Source: Trichodesmium erythraeum IMS101
GTDB lineage: Bacteria; Cyanobacteriota; Cyanobacteriia; Cyanobacteriales; Microcoleaceae
DNA length: 32,000 nucleotides
Assembly: GCF_000014265.1 (NCBI RefSeq)
Contig: NC_008312.1
Span: 2,640,001 to 2,672,000 of the forward strand
Direction of reading: 5' to 3'
Each line of letters starts with the position of its first letter. Within the stretch, counting starts at the first letter, position 1. Positions 8,100 to 17,403 of the stretch are shown here, piece by piece. Both the position numbers and the translations under genes were made by a program. The notes beneath the pieces were generated by a model. The model did not search any database and had not been told where the DNA came from. It saw nothing but the letters and a program-made list of their open reading frames with translations.

Positions 8100-8450
8100 C
8101 TAACAGCCAAGGAAAATATCAATTAATATTATATATTATATCCACTCTAAGAATTACATTTTGGGGAAAAAAGATAGAACATAGAATGCAGGATAGTTTC
8201 TTCCAGTTGTGACTTGATTTTTAACACAAACGATGATAAAAACATCACATCTCCATCCTCAAAAGTCCCGTAAATAGGAATCAGCATTGGTAGGTATTGC
8301 ACAATCAAGTTATGCAACCATTATTTGGCCAAACCTCAAGTGCTTTTCAATTAATAGTTAGACATTTCCCTAGGGATGATCAGCATTATCCCCAACATTT
8401 GAAAAATCATAGCCACCCATCACAAACCCCGAAAAATCTGATATTGAAAA
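8100..8450 (-). pseudogene. gene relic of unknown family, related to the relic at 5160-5300
   Basis: Minus-strand pieces are DFSGFVMGGYDFSNVGDNADHP*, LLIEKHLRFGQIMVA* and CDVFIIVCVKNQVTTGRNYPAFYVLSFFPKM*, in shifting frames. Confidence 0.3.
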
Positions 8451-8913
8451 TTAGAATAGAAGAAGCGGCTAACTTTGAAGATTATAAATAGAATAAGCTA
8501 CAGAGAAATCTAAGCATTAAACATAATTGGAAAAGCTTAGTCCAACCTATTAGTGTAGTGTTTATGCTTTGCCACTTATTTCAGGACTTAAAACAAAATT
8601 GTATAGAATTAACTAAAATTGCTAAAATTGGTGAAAATTTTCTAGAACATTGACTTAATCAAAGAATAAGGATTTAATTGAAGGAAAGGGGTCAGCTTGG
8701 CCATAGATAACTGTGGATGAGTAACCGCCGATAACTTCAGTAAAAGCAAAGGACCTTGTATAAAGGTATCCGTATACGTTATACTGAAGTACTTATTTGA
8801 GGCTTTGTACCAGTTTTTCAGTTTTTAAGAGTAGAGTAAAATTCCAACTTAAGCTAAACTTTAAATTATCAAAGAATCAAGAACAAATCAGATTGCATAT
8901 TAATAAAAGTTCC

Positions 8914-9309
8914 ATGAAAAGTTTTATTTCTCGTCTATTAGCCTTAGTTTTAGTTTGCGCCATAGGTTTGATGGGTTGTTCTAATCCCTCAACTTTAAGT
9001 GGAAATTATTCAGAAGATACATTAAGCTTAATTAACAGCTTAAAAACAGCTATTGAGTTACCAGAAAATACAGAAGCTAAGAGTGAAGCTCAAGCAATAG
9101 CACGTCAAGCAATTAATGACTATGCTTCCCGTTATCGTCGTGATAATTCTGTGTCCAGTCTACCATCATTTACCACAATGCGAACTGCTCTTGATTCTCT
9201 AGCAGGACATTATAGTTCTTATCCAAATCGTCCTGTGCCTGATAAATTAAAGAAACGTTTAGCACAAGAATTTAAACAAGTAGAACTTGCTTTAAAGCGC
9301 GGAGTATAA
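8914..9309 (+). CDS. psb27: photosystem II assembly lipoprotein Psb27
   Basis: MKSFISRLLALVLVCAIGLMGC has a signal peptide with an LMGC lipobox. Psb27-typical blocks follow: GNYSEDTLSLINSLKTAIELP, INDYASRYRRD and FTTMRTALDSLAGHYSSYPNRPVPDKLKKRL. The start is taken at the internal ATG at 8914, not at the track start 8797. Confidence 0.9.
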   Translation: MKSFISRLLALVLVCAIGLMGCSNPSTLSGNYSEDTLSLINSLKTAIELPENTEAKSEAQAIARQAINDYASRYRRDNSVSSLPSFTTMRTALDSLAGHYSSYPNRPVPDKLKKRLAQEFKQVELALKRGV

Positions 9310-9512
9310 TTGTTAGTTAGAAGTCAGAAAAAATTAACAATATTTATTCTCTATCTAGCTATTAGTTATTAGTTATTTTTAGATTTATTCAAAAATCAAG
9401 AAAATTAGTGTTGCTGATTAGGTGGGTATGATTTTATTAAAGAGCAATTTTGTTCCTATTGAATAACAAACACTTGAAATTATTCAGTTTTTATTGTCAT
9501 AACCTTTTCAGC

Positions 9513-9543
9513 AATGCTAAGAAAAGATATTAGCATTTTTTTT
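9513..9543 (+). terminator. Rho-independent terminator-like hairpin ~200 nt downstream of psb27
   Basis: AATGCTAA (9513-9520) pairs with TTAGCATT (9530-9537) across a 9-nt loop, followed by a T-run to 9543. Confidence 0.6.
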
Positions 9544-10664
9544 GTGTCATACATAGTAGACGGAGATAAGCAAAGCAAAAGTAAAGCTACTCACATACAC
9601 CGTGACCAATTAGTTATAAATATTTAGTTGGCTATCTTAATAGTTGAAGGTGAAAAAACTCAGCCTCAATTAAGCAAAACAGATTTGGCACAAAAGTCTC
9701 AAATTATATTTGTATTACTCCTATCTAGTTGAGCTAACCTTATGTAAGTACTCAGGGATTTAATGTTTACATAATAGTTATTTTAATTATGGGTATTCAA
9801 CTAGATTTTATTTATCTTCTCTAAAGTCGGGTTTGCTCAATTTATCTCAAAGTTAAGTTTTTACAAATAGTCGAAAAAAGTACCAGCTTTAATGTTCAAA
9901 AACCTCACCTATTTTAGGATTTTGAGTATAAAATCTGAAAGAAAAATTTAGGGGTAATTATTCCTTTTATTTTCTCTGTAATTACTGCTGCCCTCACACC
10001 TCCACCCCTAAGCAACCTCACTTATCAGATTTCTTCAGCTAACCTAAGTCAGTAAGGCTTTGTTGGGTTGTGCTATGGCTTTTCATGTTACATAACAAGA
10101 CCTAATCTACACTATTGAACTGACTCCTGGAAACATTTGATAAAAAAAAAGAGAATTAGTAGAGACTTCTTTATACAACCTCCCTACAAGAGAAAAAAAT
10201 GATGATTTATGGGAAATAATTGATTCTATTTTTGATTATTAGGAATATCTATTTGTAGTAAACATTTATCAAATTCTTATGATACCAATTTCTATACATT
10301 AATACTATACTTAGGTAACGCTTCAATAATTTTAGTGATTAAGATACTCTTGTAATAACTTCTTTAAATACTTTGATTCTTGTTAATATTAATTTTATAC
10401 CTGCTGTACGGATACCTTTATGCAATGTCTTTAATTACTACTGTCTCCTGAGAGTAAAAGGGATTCTCTAGTATTAAGAAATGTAGAAAAGTTTTTGATA
10501 AATGATACTATATCTTTTTATAGAAGTTAAAAGTCATCCATTCAAAAGTCATGTCTTAAAAATTTTAAGACCAAAAAACTTTCAGGAGCTCAGTAATTTT
10601 AGGCAATTATTTGACATCTGAGGTTTAAGACTATTTGTAAAATTATTTTTTCACCCTTAGTATT

Positions 10665-12191
10665 ATGCAAACAAAGTTTACCTCTTTGAAAAAAATTAAA
10701 TCTAGAAAATATTTTCATATAAATAGTTTGGGAGCTATTTTATTTAGTCTGGCAGTAAATTTATCCCCGTGGTTTTCAGCAAAAGTACAAGCACAAACAG
10801 ACATTTATTGTAAGTTACCGCCAGAAGCGATCGCCTCTAAAGAAAATCTTCGCCAAGCAGTTTTAGAAGGAAATAAAAATGCAGAAAAACAATATCAAGA
10901 TATCCTAATTAAGCATAATAGAGAAGTTGGCAATTGTCGCATGAGAAATTGGCCGAGAACTCAAGGTATTTGGTTGCGACTATATCCTTGTGATGCTAGA
11001 CCAGGAGAAATTGACAGGATACTAGATAAAATTGTTAATCAAGGTTATAACCAAGTATATATAGAAGCTTTCTATGACGGGCAAGTGCTTCTACCCGCAG
11101 CAAATAACCCTACAGTTTGGCCTTCTATACTCCGTGTACCTGGTTATGAAAATGTCGATCTATTAGCTGATAGTCTGAAAAAAGCAAAGGAAAGAGGTTT
11201 GCGTGCTTATGCTTGGGTATTTACCATGAATTTTGGGTACACTTATTCTCAACTGCCTAACCGTCAACAAGCTTTAGCGCGTAATGGTAGAGGTCAAACA
11301 ACCCTGGATGTGATTCCAGATAATGTTAGTTTACAGAACCAGTTAGGTGCGAGTCATGCTTTCCATACTTTTATAGATCCTTACAGTCCCCAAGCACGGC
11401 AAGATTATAATGTTATGGTGAATGAGGTTTTAAAACGACAACCTCAAGGAGTTTTATTCGACTATATTCGTTATTTGCGGGGAATGGGGAGTGACTCTGT
11501 AGCCGACCAGGTAAAAGATTTATGGATATATAGTGAGGCTTCTCAGAATGTGTTATTGCAACGGGCTAAAAATGAAGCGGGAAAGGAATTAATTAGAAAA
11601 TTTGTAGACAAGGGGTATGTTACTTCTCAAGAAATTAATGGGAGAACTCCCAAATGGCAACGTTTCTTTTCACCCTCTATTAATAGCAGACTAACGGAGC
11701 GAGGTTTGGAAACACAAATTTGGGAATTGAGTGTTGCTCATGCTGCTCAAGGAATACTAGATTTTCTCCAGGTAGCTAGTCAACCAGTGCAAGAAAAAGG
11801 TCTGCCTGCTGGTGCTGTATTTTTCCCTGGTGGGAATAGAAGAATACAGAGTAATGGTTTTGACTCTCGCCTCCAACCTTGGGATCAATTTCCGACTTCG
11901 ATGGAATGGCATCCAATGGCGTATGCAACTTGTGGCGATCTCGATCCCAGTTGTATTGTTTCTAAAGTGGAGAGAGTTATGAGTATGACTCCTAAGGGGG
12001 TGAAAGTTATTCCGGCGATCGCTGGGGCTTGGGGAGAACCTTTGAAAAATCGTCCTTCTTTGGAAATACAAATGCAAGCTATTAAAGTCGCAACTCCTCA
12101 GATTAATTCTATTAGTCATTTTTCTTATGGTTGGCAAAATATTGAAGAAACCAGGGAACGTAAACATTGTCGGTTGTCAACTGGGAATTAA
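10665..12191 (+). CDS. secreted glycoside-hydrolase-like protein (GHL10 / DUF187-type, family-10-like)
   Basis: 508 aa with an N-terminal signal (LGAILFSLAVNLSPWFSAKVQAQ). The block RTQGIWLRLYPCDARPGEIDRILDKIVNQGYNQVYIEAFYDGQVLLPAANNPTVWPS resembles the GHL10 TIM-barrel start. The family call is from memory only. Confidence 0.6.
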   Translation: MQTKFTSLKKIKSRKYFHINSLGAILFSLAVNLSPWFSAKVQAQTDIYCKLPPEAIASKENLRQAVLEGNKNAEKQYQDILIKHNREVGNCRMRNWPRTQGIWLRLYPCDARPGEIDRILDKIVNQGYNQVYIEAFYDGQVLLPAANNPTVWPSILRVPGYENVDLLADSLKKAKERGLRAYAWVFTMNFGYTYSQLPNRQQALARNGRGQTTLDVIPDNVSLQNQLGASHAFHTFIDPYSPQARQDYNVMVNEVLKRQPQGVLFDYIRYLRGMGSDSVADQVKDLWIYSEASQNVLLQRAKNEAGKELIRKFVDKGYVTSQEINGRTPKWQRFFSPSINSRLTERGLETQIWELSVAHAAQGILDFLQVASQPVQEKGLPAGAVFFPGGNRRIQSNGFDSRLQPWDQFPTSMEWHPMAYATCGDLDPSCIVSKVERVMSMTPKGVKVIPAIAGAWGEPLKNRPSLEIQMQAIKVATPQINSISHFSYGWQNIEETRERKHCRLSTGN

Positions 12192-12641
12192 ATAAATATC
12201 TGGGGATTAAATAAATATCTGGAGATTAAATAAATATCTGGAGATTAAATAAATATCTGGAGATTAAATAAATATCTGGAGATTAAATAAATATCTGGAG
12301 ATTAAATAAATATCTGGGGATTAAATAAATATCTGGAGATTAAATAAATATCTGGAGATTAAATAAATATCTGGGGATTAAATAAATATCTGGAGATTAA
12401 ATAAATATCTGGGGATTAAATAAATATCTGGAGATTAAATAAATATCTGGAGATTAAATAAATATCTGGGGATTAAATAAATATCTGGAGATTAAATAAA
12501 TATCTGGGGATTAAATAAATATCTGGAGATTAAATAAATATCTGGAGATTAAATAAATATCTGGAGATTAAATAAATATCTGGAGATTAAATAAATATCT
12601 GGAGATTAAATAAATATCTGGAGATTAAATAAATATCTGGA
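12181..12641. repeat. 19-bp VNTR, 24 units plus a partial one (ctggRgattaaataaatat)
   Basis: Unit starts are at 12181+19k. Unit 1 (ctgggaattaaataaatat) is the last codons plus the stop (ACT GGG AAT TAA) of the upstream CDS. Units 2-24 are biallelic at one position (G at units 2, 8, 11, 13, 16, 18; A elsewhere). Confidence 0.95.
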
Positions 12642-13740
12642 TAAAAGATTCTCAAACTTTTACCCTGCAATTCTCAAATAGGCATTTTTGGAGAGGTCTA
12701 ATACTTAAAAACTTTCTCCATTTTTACTAAATTCAGCTATCTAAAAATAAAATCATATCATGAAGCTTGTAGTAGGGCTTTAGCTTTCAAATCAAATCTC
12801 ATTAATTAGTGATATGAGTCAACTACTTTTAGCTATCTTTAGATAACTTATGCTGTGAGCAAATAAATAATTTTCTTAGCAGATGAAAACAAGTTACAAA
12901 AAATAGCCAAAATTTAAAAGCCTACAGATTTAAAATTAAGCTCTCTCTAAAAAATTACTCAATTATAGACTCGATATTTTTATATTGTAATTAATCAATG
13001 CAACCTGATAGCAATCTCAAATAAGTTGTAATAATTAAAAAAATAACAATCAACTCCGAAATTATTGACCATTGACAATTTACCCAAGTATATCCCTAAA
13101 AATTAATAATGCTTTAGACACAAATCAAATAGGATTGCTATAGATATTGTATCGGCTAAGTCTCTACTCTAAAACAGATACTTTTTGAGCACTTATTATC
13201 CGGAAATTATATTACTTATTCTAGAGAGATACTATGGAAATATAAGAATAAAAATAATGATCAGTAAGGAACAACAAACCCTGGAAAAACAAACTCGTAA
13301 AGTACGAACTCCATTAATTAGAAGTTTTACGAATTGCTCAGAAACAACTCCTATTGAAATTTTTTGATCATATCTAGAATATCTGTTAAAAAATTCTGCC
13401 ATTCTAAGTGTATAAGTTTGCTTGCTAATTTTACTTTTATTTTTGGTGTAATAGACTGGTTTAGAAAGGCGTAAATACGAAAAAAAAATAAATTTTTTGC
13501 TGTTTGGACTAATTGTTAATGATACTAAAGGCGATAGAAGTGAGGTAGCAAAAATGTCTGTAGAACTATTATTTAAAGGTGAATTTGAGCTAAAGGATCT
13601 AGAGCTTAGTAACACTAACCTCCCTGAGATTAACTTCAGTGACTGAAAACCTTTTAAATTATGAGTCCTATAAATTGCAAATCAGACGACTCTCCTACTT
13701 AACTGCCACCAAAATATTACAACTTAAATAGAATTGCTAT

Positions 13741-14655
13741 ATGTCTAAATATCTGGTTTTACTCTTAGTATCATTACTTTCAGCTTGTAGTTTTGAAACA
13801 TCAAAAATACAAGCTGAAGCAGAAACTTCAGAAAAAAATTCTAAACCTACAGTTACTTTAGATAATAATTCCCAGTTCGTAGAAAATCTAGTAGAAAATT
13901 ACTTCCAAAAAACTCCAGTCCAAACAAAAGTAGATCTAACTTTATCCCAAGCACAGAAAGTGCAAGATTTGTTTGTAGCAGAAATTAGTCAAGTTCTCGG
14001 TCAAGTAGTTGGTTATAAAGCAGCATTAACTAATAAAAAAGCTCAAGAACGTTTTAATGTCTCTCAACCTTTACGAGGTATTTTTCTCGAAAAAATGTTG
14101 TGGGAAAATGGTAGTGTTATTTCTGCAAAATTTGGTAGTCGCCCTATTGCAGAAGGGGACTTAATTATGAGGGTAGGAAGTGCAGAAATTAACAATGCTA
14201 AAACTCCTAGAGAAACTTTAAAATATTTAGATGCTGTGCTCCCATTTATTGAGTTGGGAGATTTAGTTTATAGTCAAGATGTTAAATTAGATGCACCTGC
14301 TCTTTTAGCAATTAATGTTGGGGCAAGATCCGGAATTTTAGGTAAACCTATTCCTGTCTCTGATACTGATGAATGGGAAAATCGTTTGAAAAGTTTACGG
14401 ATAGAAATATTAGACCAAAATGACAAGGTATTAGCATCAGGAAATGGTAGTAGTTTATTAGGTAATCCTTTGAATGTTGTTTTGTGGATTAAAGATTCTT
14501 TACAAGCACAAGGAAAAGAATTAAAAAAAGGAGATTTACTTTCTTTAGGGAGCATAACTAGCTTTATTCCAGTTAAATCAAATTCTACTATTCGTGCCCA
14601 ATATATAGATTTAGAGCCAAATAAAACTATAGAAATATTTGTCAAATTTGAATAA
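13741..14655 (+). CDS. 2-keto-4-pentenoate hydratase-like (MhpD/FAH-superfamily) protein with a lipoprotein signal peptide
   Basis: MSKYLVLLLVSLLSAC contains a lipobox. Blocks GYKAALTNKKAQERFNVSQPLRGIFLEKM, IAEGDLIMRV, LLGNPLNVVLWI and LKKGDLLSLGS match the hydratase/decarboxylase family pattern. Confidence 0.65.
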   Translation: MSKYLVLLLVSLLSACSFETSKIQAEAETSEKNSKPTVTLDNNSQFVENLVENYFQKTPVQTKVDLTLSQAQKVQDLFVAEISQVLGQVVGYKAALTNKKAQERFNVSQPLRGIFLEKMLWENGSVISAKFGSRPIAEGDLIMRVGSAEINNAKTPRETLKYLDAVLPFIELGDLVYSQDVKLDAPALLAINVGARSGILGKPIPVSDTDEWENRLKSLRIEILDQNDKVLASGNGSSLLGNPLNVVLWIKDSLQAQGKELKKGDLLSLGSITSFIPVKSNSTIRAQYIDLEPNKTIEIFVKFE

Positions 14656-14984
14656 AATTAGGTTGAGCCTCATAATAAAATCTAACCTATTTTATACTTG
14701 ATTAATAAAAAATTATCTAAATATAATATGATTTATATAATAATTTTAGAGAAATTAAAATCTAAAAATTATAATTTGGCGATCGCTCAGTATTTTGAGT
14801 TTGATAACTTATTAAATTTTTCCATAATTTTAACTTTTTGGTTAGTATTTATGGCTTGATAAATACTTAAATAATTTGCTCTATTTTGTCTTTTTATACA
14901 AAATTATTAATGGTAATTAATTCAATTAAGTATAGTAATTTTTTTTTAAATTATATATAATTTAGTTGGGAATGATTGAAAATT

Positions 14985-15192
14985 AAAGTAAATAATTCTG
15001 ACGAAAATATCAGATTAAAATCATTTATAAGCATCTTTATAAAGATGTACAAATTTTTACTTAATAGATTCATGAAAAATTATATTTGAAAGTAAATAAT
15101 TCTGACGAAAATATCAGATTAAAATCATTTATAAGCATCTTTATAAAGATGTACAAATTTTTACTTAATAGATTTATGAAAAATTATATTTG
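14985..15192. repeat. 104-bp direct tandem duplication (2 copies, 1 mismatch)
   Basis: Copies are at 14985-15088 and 15089-15192. Each holds a 16-bp perfect palindrome catctttataaagatg (15032-15047 and 15136-15151) and a tctga-N8-tcaga inverted repeat. Confidence 0.9.
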
Positions 15193-15836
15193 AAGGTAAC
15201 TAAGCTCCAAGATTGTCATCATTCAATTTTGCACTAATAAATTTAATGTTCCATAATATTTTCAAAAGAAAATTTGATTAAATTCTCCTTTTATCTCCCG
15301 ATTATTTGTTACATTATTTTTTGATATTTGGTACCAATTTTATAGATGTTTGCTGCAAATAACTAGGGAAATTTTGAGAAACTATAAGTTATGATTCAGA
15401 ACTCATAATGAATATATTCAATACTATTTCTAATTCGTAAATCATCTTTTTTGCTCAATTATAAATCTCCTGTAAAATATTTTTCCCTCCCTTACTCTTC
15501 AAACGCATTCTTATTTCAATATGGTATGAGAGCGCTTTTCATGATTAGTAGACAACAATGTAGAGTCCAGGCATACAATCTCTCTACGTTTTTATCTCAT
15601 ATTATAAAATTTATCGAAAGTAATGCTATTTTTATAAACTGATACAAATAACTGAATAAATTACATATATTTTTTTGAAAAAAAGTTCTGTAAATAAATA
15701 GTATTTAGAAATAAAAAAATCGAATTATAGCAAAGTTTTTGAAATCTGATAGAAGTTAATAACTAATAACTGATAATAGTGCTACCCTAAAATATGTTTA
15801 TCTTAATCTTATTAATCTTATTTTTTAGTAAACTCT

Positions 15837-17066
15837 ATGGAATTTTACCCACTTAACCCTTGGATAATTAACATTTTTCTAGTTCTAGGTTCTATATTTT
15901 TTGCTGAACTGGTACGAGACCTCTATCATGTAGTTTCCCATATTTGGTCGCCCCTATATAAATGGCATGGTTGGCATCATCGCGTTTTTCGCCCTGACTT
16001 AACTACTGTCAGTACAGAAATTTATCAAAAAGCTACTTGGTATCATGATGTACCTGAATCTGTCGTCATGTTAACCTTTAGTATACTATTGTGGGTTTTA
16101 TCTTTTGTCTGGATGCCTTCCTATCAATGGGCAACTCTAGCAGGCCTTCTTTATACCCTAACTTTCTTCTTTCCAGCGATCGCCCGCGCCACAGGTATTC
16201 CTAATGCTGACAAACTTACGGATATTAATCATCTTCCTGGTGCATTTTTAACTCCTCCAACAAATTGGTTAGTGAACCGCCCTTACCATTGGCGACACCA
16301 CTTTGACAATCAAAATGCCTATTTTTGTGGAACTCTCACCTTGGTAGATAAACTTATGGGTACAGCTCTTTCCCTCAAAGGAAAAAAAATAGCTGTTACA
16401 GGTGCTTCTGGGAGTTTAGGCCAAAGTCTCTTGCAACACCTTCATCAAGCAGGAGCAAAAGTGATCGCTCTGACATCCAAAGATAGGACTATTACCTTAG
16501 ATATTAACGGTCAGAACCTAGAAGTTAATACCATAAATTGGCAAATAGGTCAAGAAGAAAAATTAGCAGAATTATTAGAAAAAGTAGATATTTTAGTCTT
16601 AAACCACGGCATTAATGTACATGGAGAAAAGACAGCAGAAGCGATCGCTAAATCCTACGAAATCAACACATTTTCTAGCTGGCGAATGTTAGAAATATTC
16701 CTCAAAACAGTCAAAACAAATTCCGACATTGCCTGTAAAGAAGTCTGGGTAAATACCTCTGAAGCAGAAGTTAATCCAGCTTTTAGCCCTCTTTATGAAC
16801 TAACAAAAAGAACTCTCGGAGATTTAGTTACATTACGCAGATTAGATGCTCCTTGTGTAATTAGAAAATTAATATTAGGTCCGTTTAAAAGTAATTTAAA
16901 TCCTGTAGGAATTATGTCTGCTGATTGGGTAGCCAAACAAATAGTTAAATTAGCAAAAGCAGATGTTAGAACAATTATTGTGACAATTAATCCTTTAACC
17001 TTTGTGGCAATTCCTATCAAAGAATTTTTAGTTTTTATGTACTTTAAATTATTTACCTCTAAATAA
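15837..17066 (+). CDS. bifunctional fatty-acid hydroxylase/sterol-desaturase-like membrane domain fused to a short-chain dehydrogenase/reductase
   Basis: The N-terminal domain has His boxes HVVSH, HGWHH and HWRHH within hydrophobic segments. The C-terminal domain has TGASGSLG (TGxxGxxG) and YELTK (YxxxK). Confidence 0.8.
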   Translation: MEFYPLNPWIINIFLVLGSIFFAELVRDLYHVVSHIWSPLYKWHGWHHRVFRPDLTTVSTEIYQKATWYHDVPESVVMLTFSILLWVLSFVWMPSYQWATLAGLLYTLTFFFPAIARATGIPNADKLTDINHLPGAFLTPPTNWLVNRPYHWRHHFDNQNAYFCGTLTLVDKLMGTALSLKGKKIAVTGASGSLGQSLLQHLHQAGAKVIALTSKDRTITLDINGQNLEVNTINWQIGQEEKLAELLEKVDILVLNHGINVHGEKTAEAIAKSYEINTFSSWRMLEIFLKTVKTNSDIACKEVWVNTSEAEVNPAFSPLYELTKRTLGDLVTLRRLDAPCVIRKLILGPFKSNLNPVGIMSADWVAKQIVKLAKADVRTIIVTINPLTFVAIPIKEFLVFMYFKLFTSK

Positions 17067-17403
17067 ATTTAGAGCTGCTACAAAATAGAGAAAGTAGGAG
17101 GTTTAGGAGTCAATACTCAGGAATCAGAAATTAGGAATTAGGAATAATTTTTAGGTGGAATTTTACAGGAATACTCCTTTGTGAAAACCTTGTAATTGGA
17201 TTTTATATGACACCACTTTACACGACTAAAGATGAACTATCCGTTGCCCTAGAACATCCAGTTTTAGATCTAGTCAACAATGAAGAATAACGACTATTAT
17301 TTAGATTAATAACAAGCTTATATGCTGCTTTAGTTATTCCTGTCCCTCTAGTTCGTGATATCCAAGACTTGAAAATATCTCCTAATCATACATTATCTGT
17401 TTC

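Noticed and set aside
8297-8491. 64-aa plus-strand ORF
   Set aside because: It has a non-ATG start and no SD, and it lies opposite a region that reads better as a minus-strand gene relic.
8797-8913. Upstream extension of psb27 in the track ORF (TTG-type start, MRLCTSFSVF...)
   Set aside because: The lipoprotein signal peptide begins at the internal ATG at 8914. The extension is Lys/Phe-rich AT-driven sequence.
9991-10005. Second CCTCACAC motif (gccctcacacctcc) as another Yfr2-like sRNA
   Set aside because: It is a short motif with no flanking hairpins or terminator. A 7-8-mer recurrence is compatible with chance.
11757-12167. Antisense ORFs inside well-supported genes: 11757..12167, 14274..14645, 16793..17020, 20348..20635, 22260..22469, 22834..23016, 26028..26228, 26926..27114, 30731..30922
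   Set aside because: Each lies fully within, and opposite to, a CDS with strong family motifs. No independent signals support them.
12181-12641. Possible CRISPR or coding repeat
   Set aside because: The 19-bp units are head-to-tail without spacers and carry TAA stop codons in more than one frame. This is a non-coding VNTR.
13185-13615. ORFs 13185..13367 (+) and 13232..13615 (-), and a 30-codon ORF at ~13554-13646 with a pentapeptide-repeat-like end
   Set aside because: The two track ORFs overlap each other, are AT-driven and low-complexity, and have no SD or motif. They are at best tiny relics.
15451-15642. 63-aa ORF upstream of the hydroxylase/SDR gene
   Set aside because: It has a TTG-type start in AT-rich spacer. 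It contains only a gtagag-N16-ctctac hairpin typical of short dispersed repeats.
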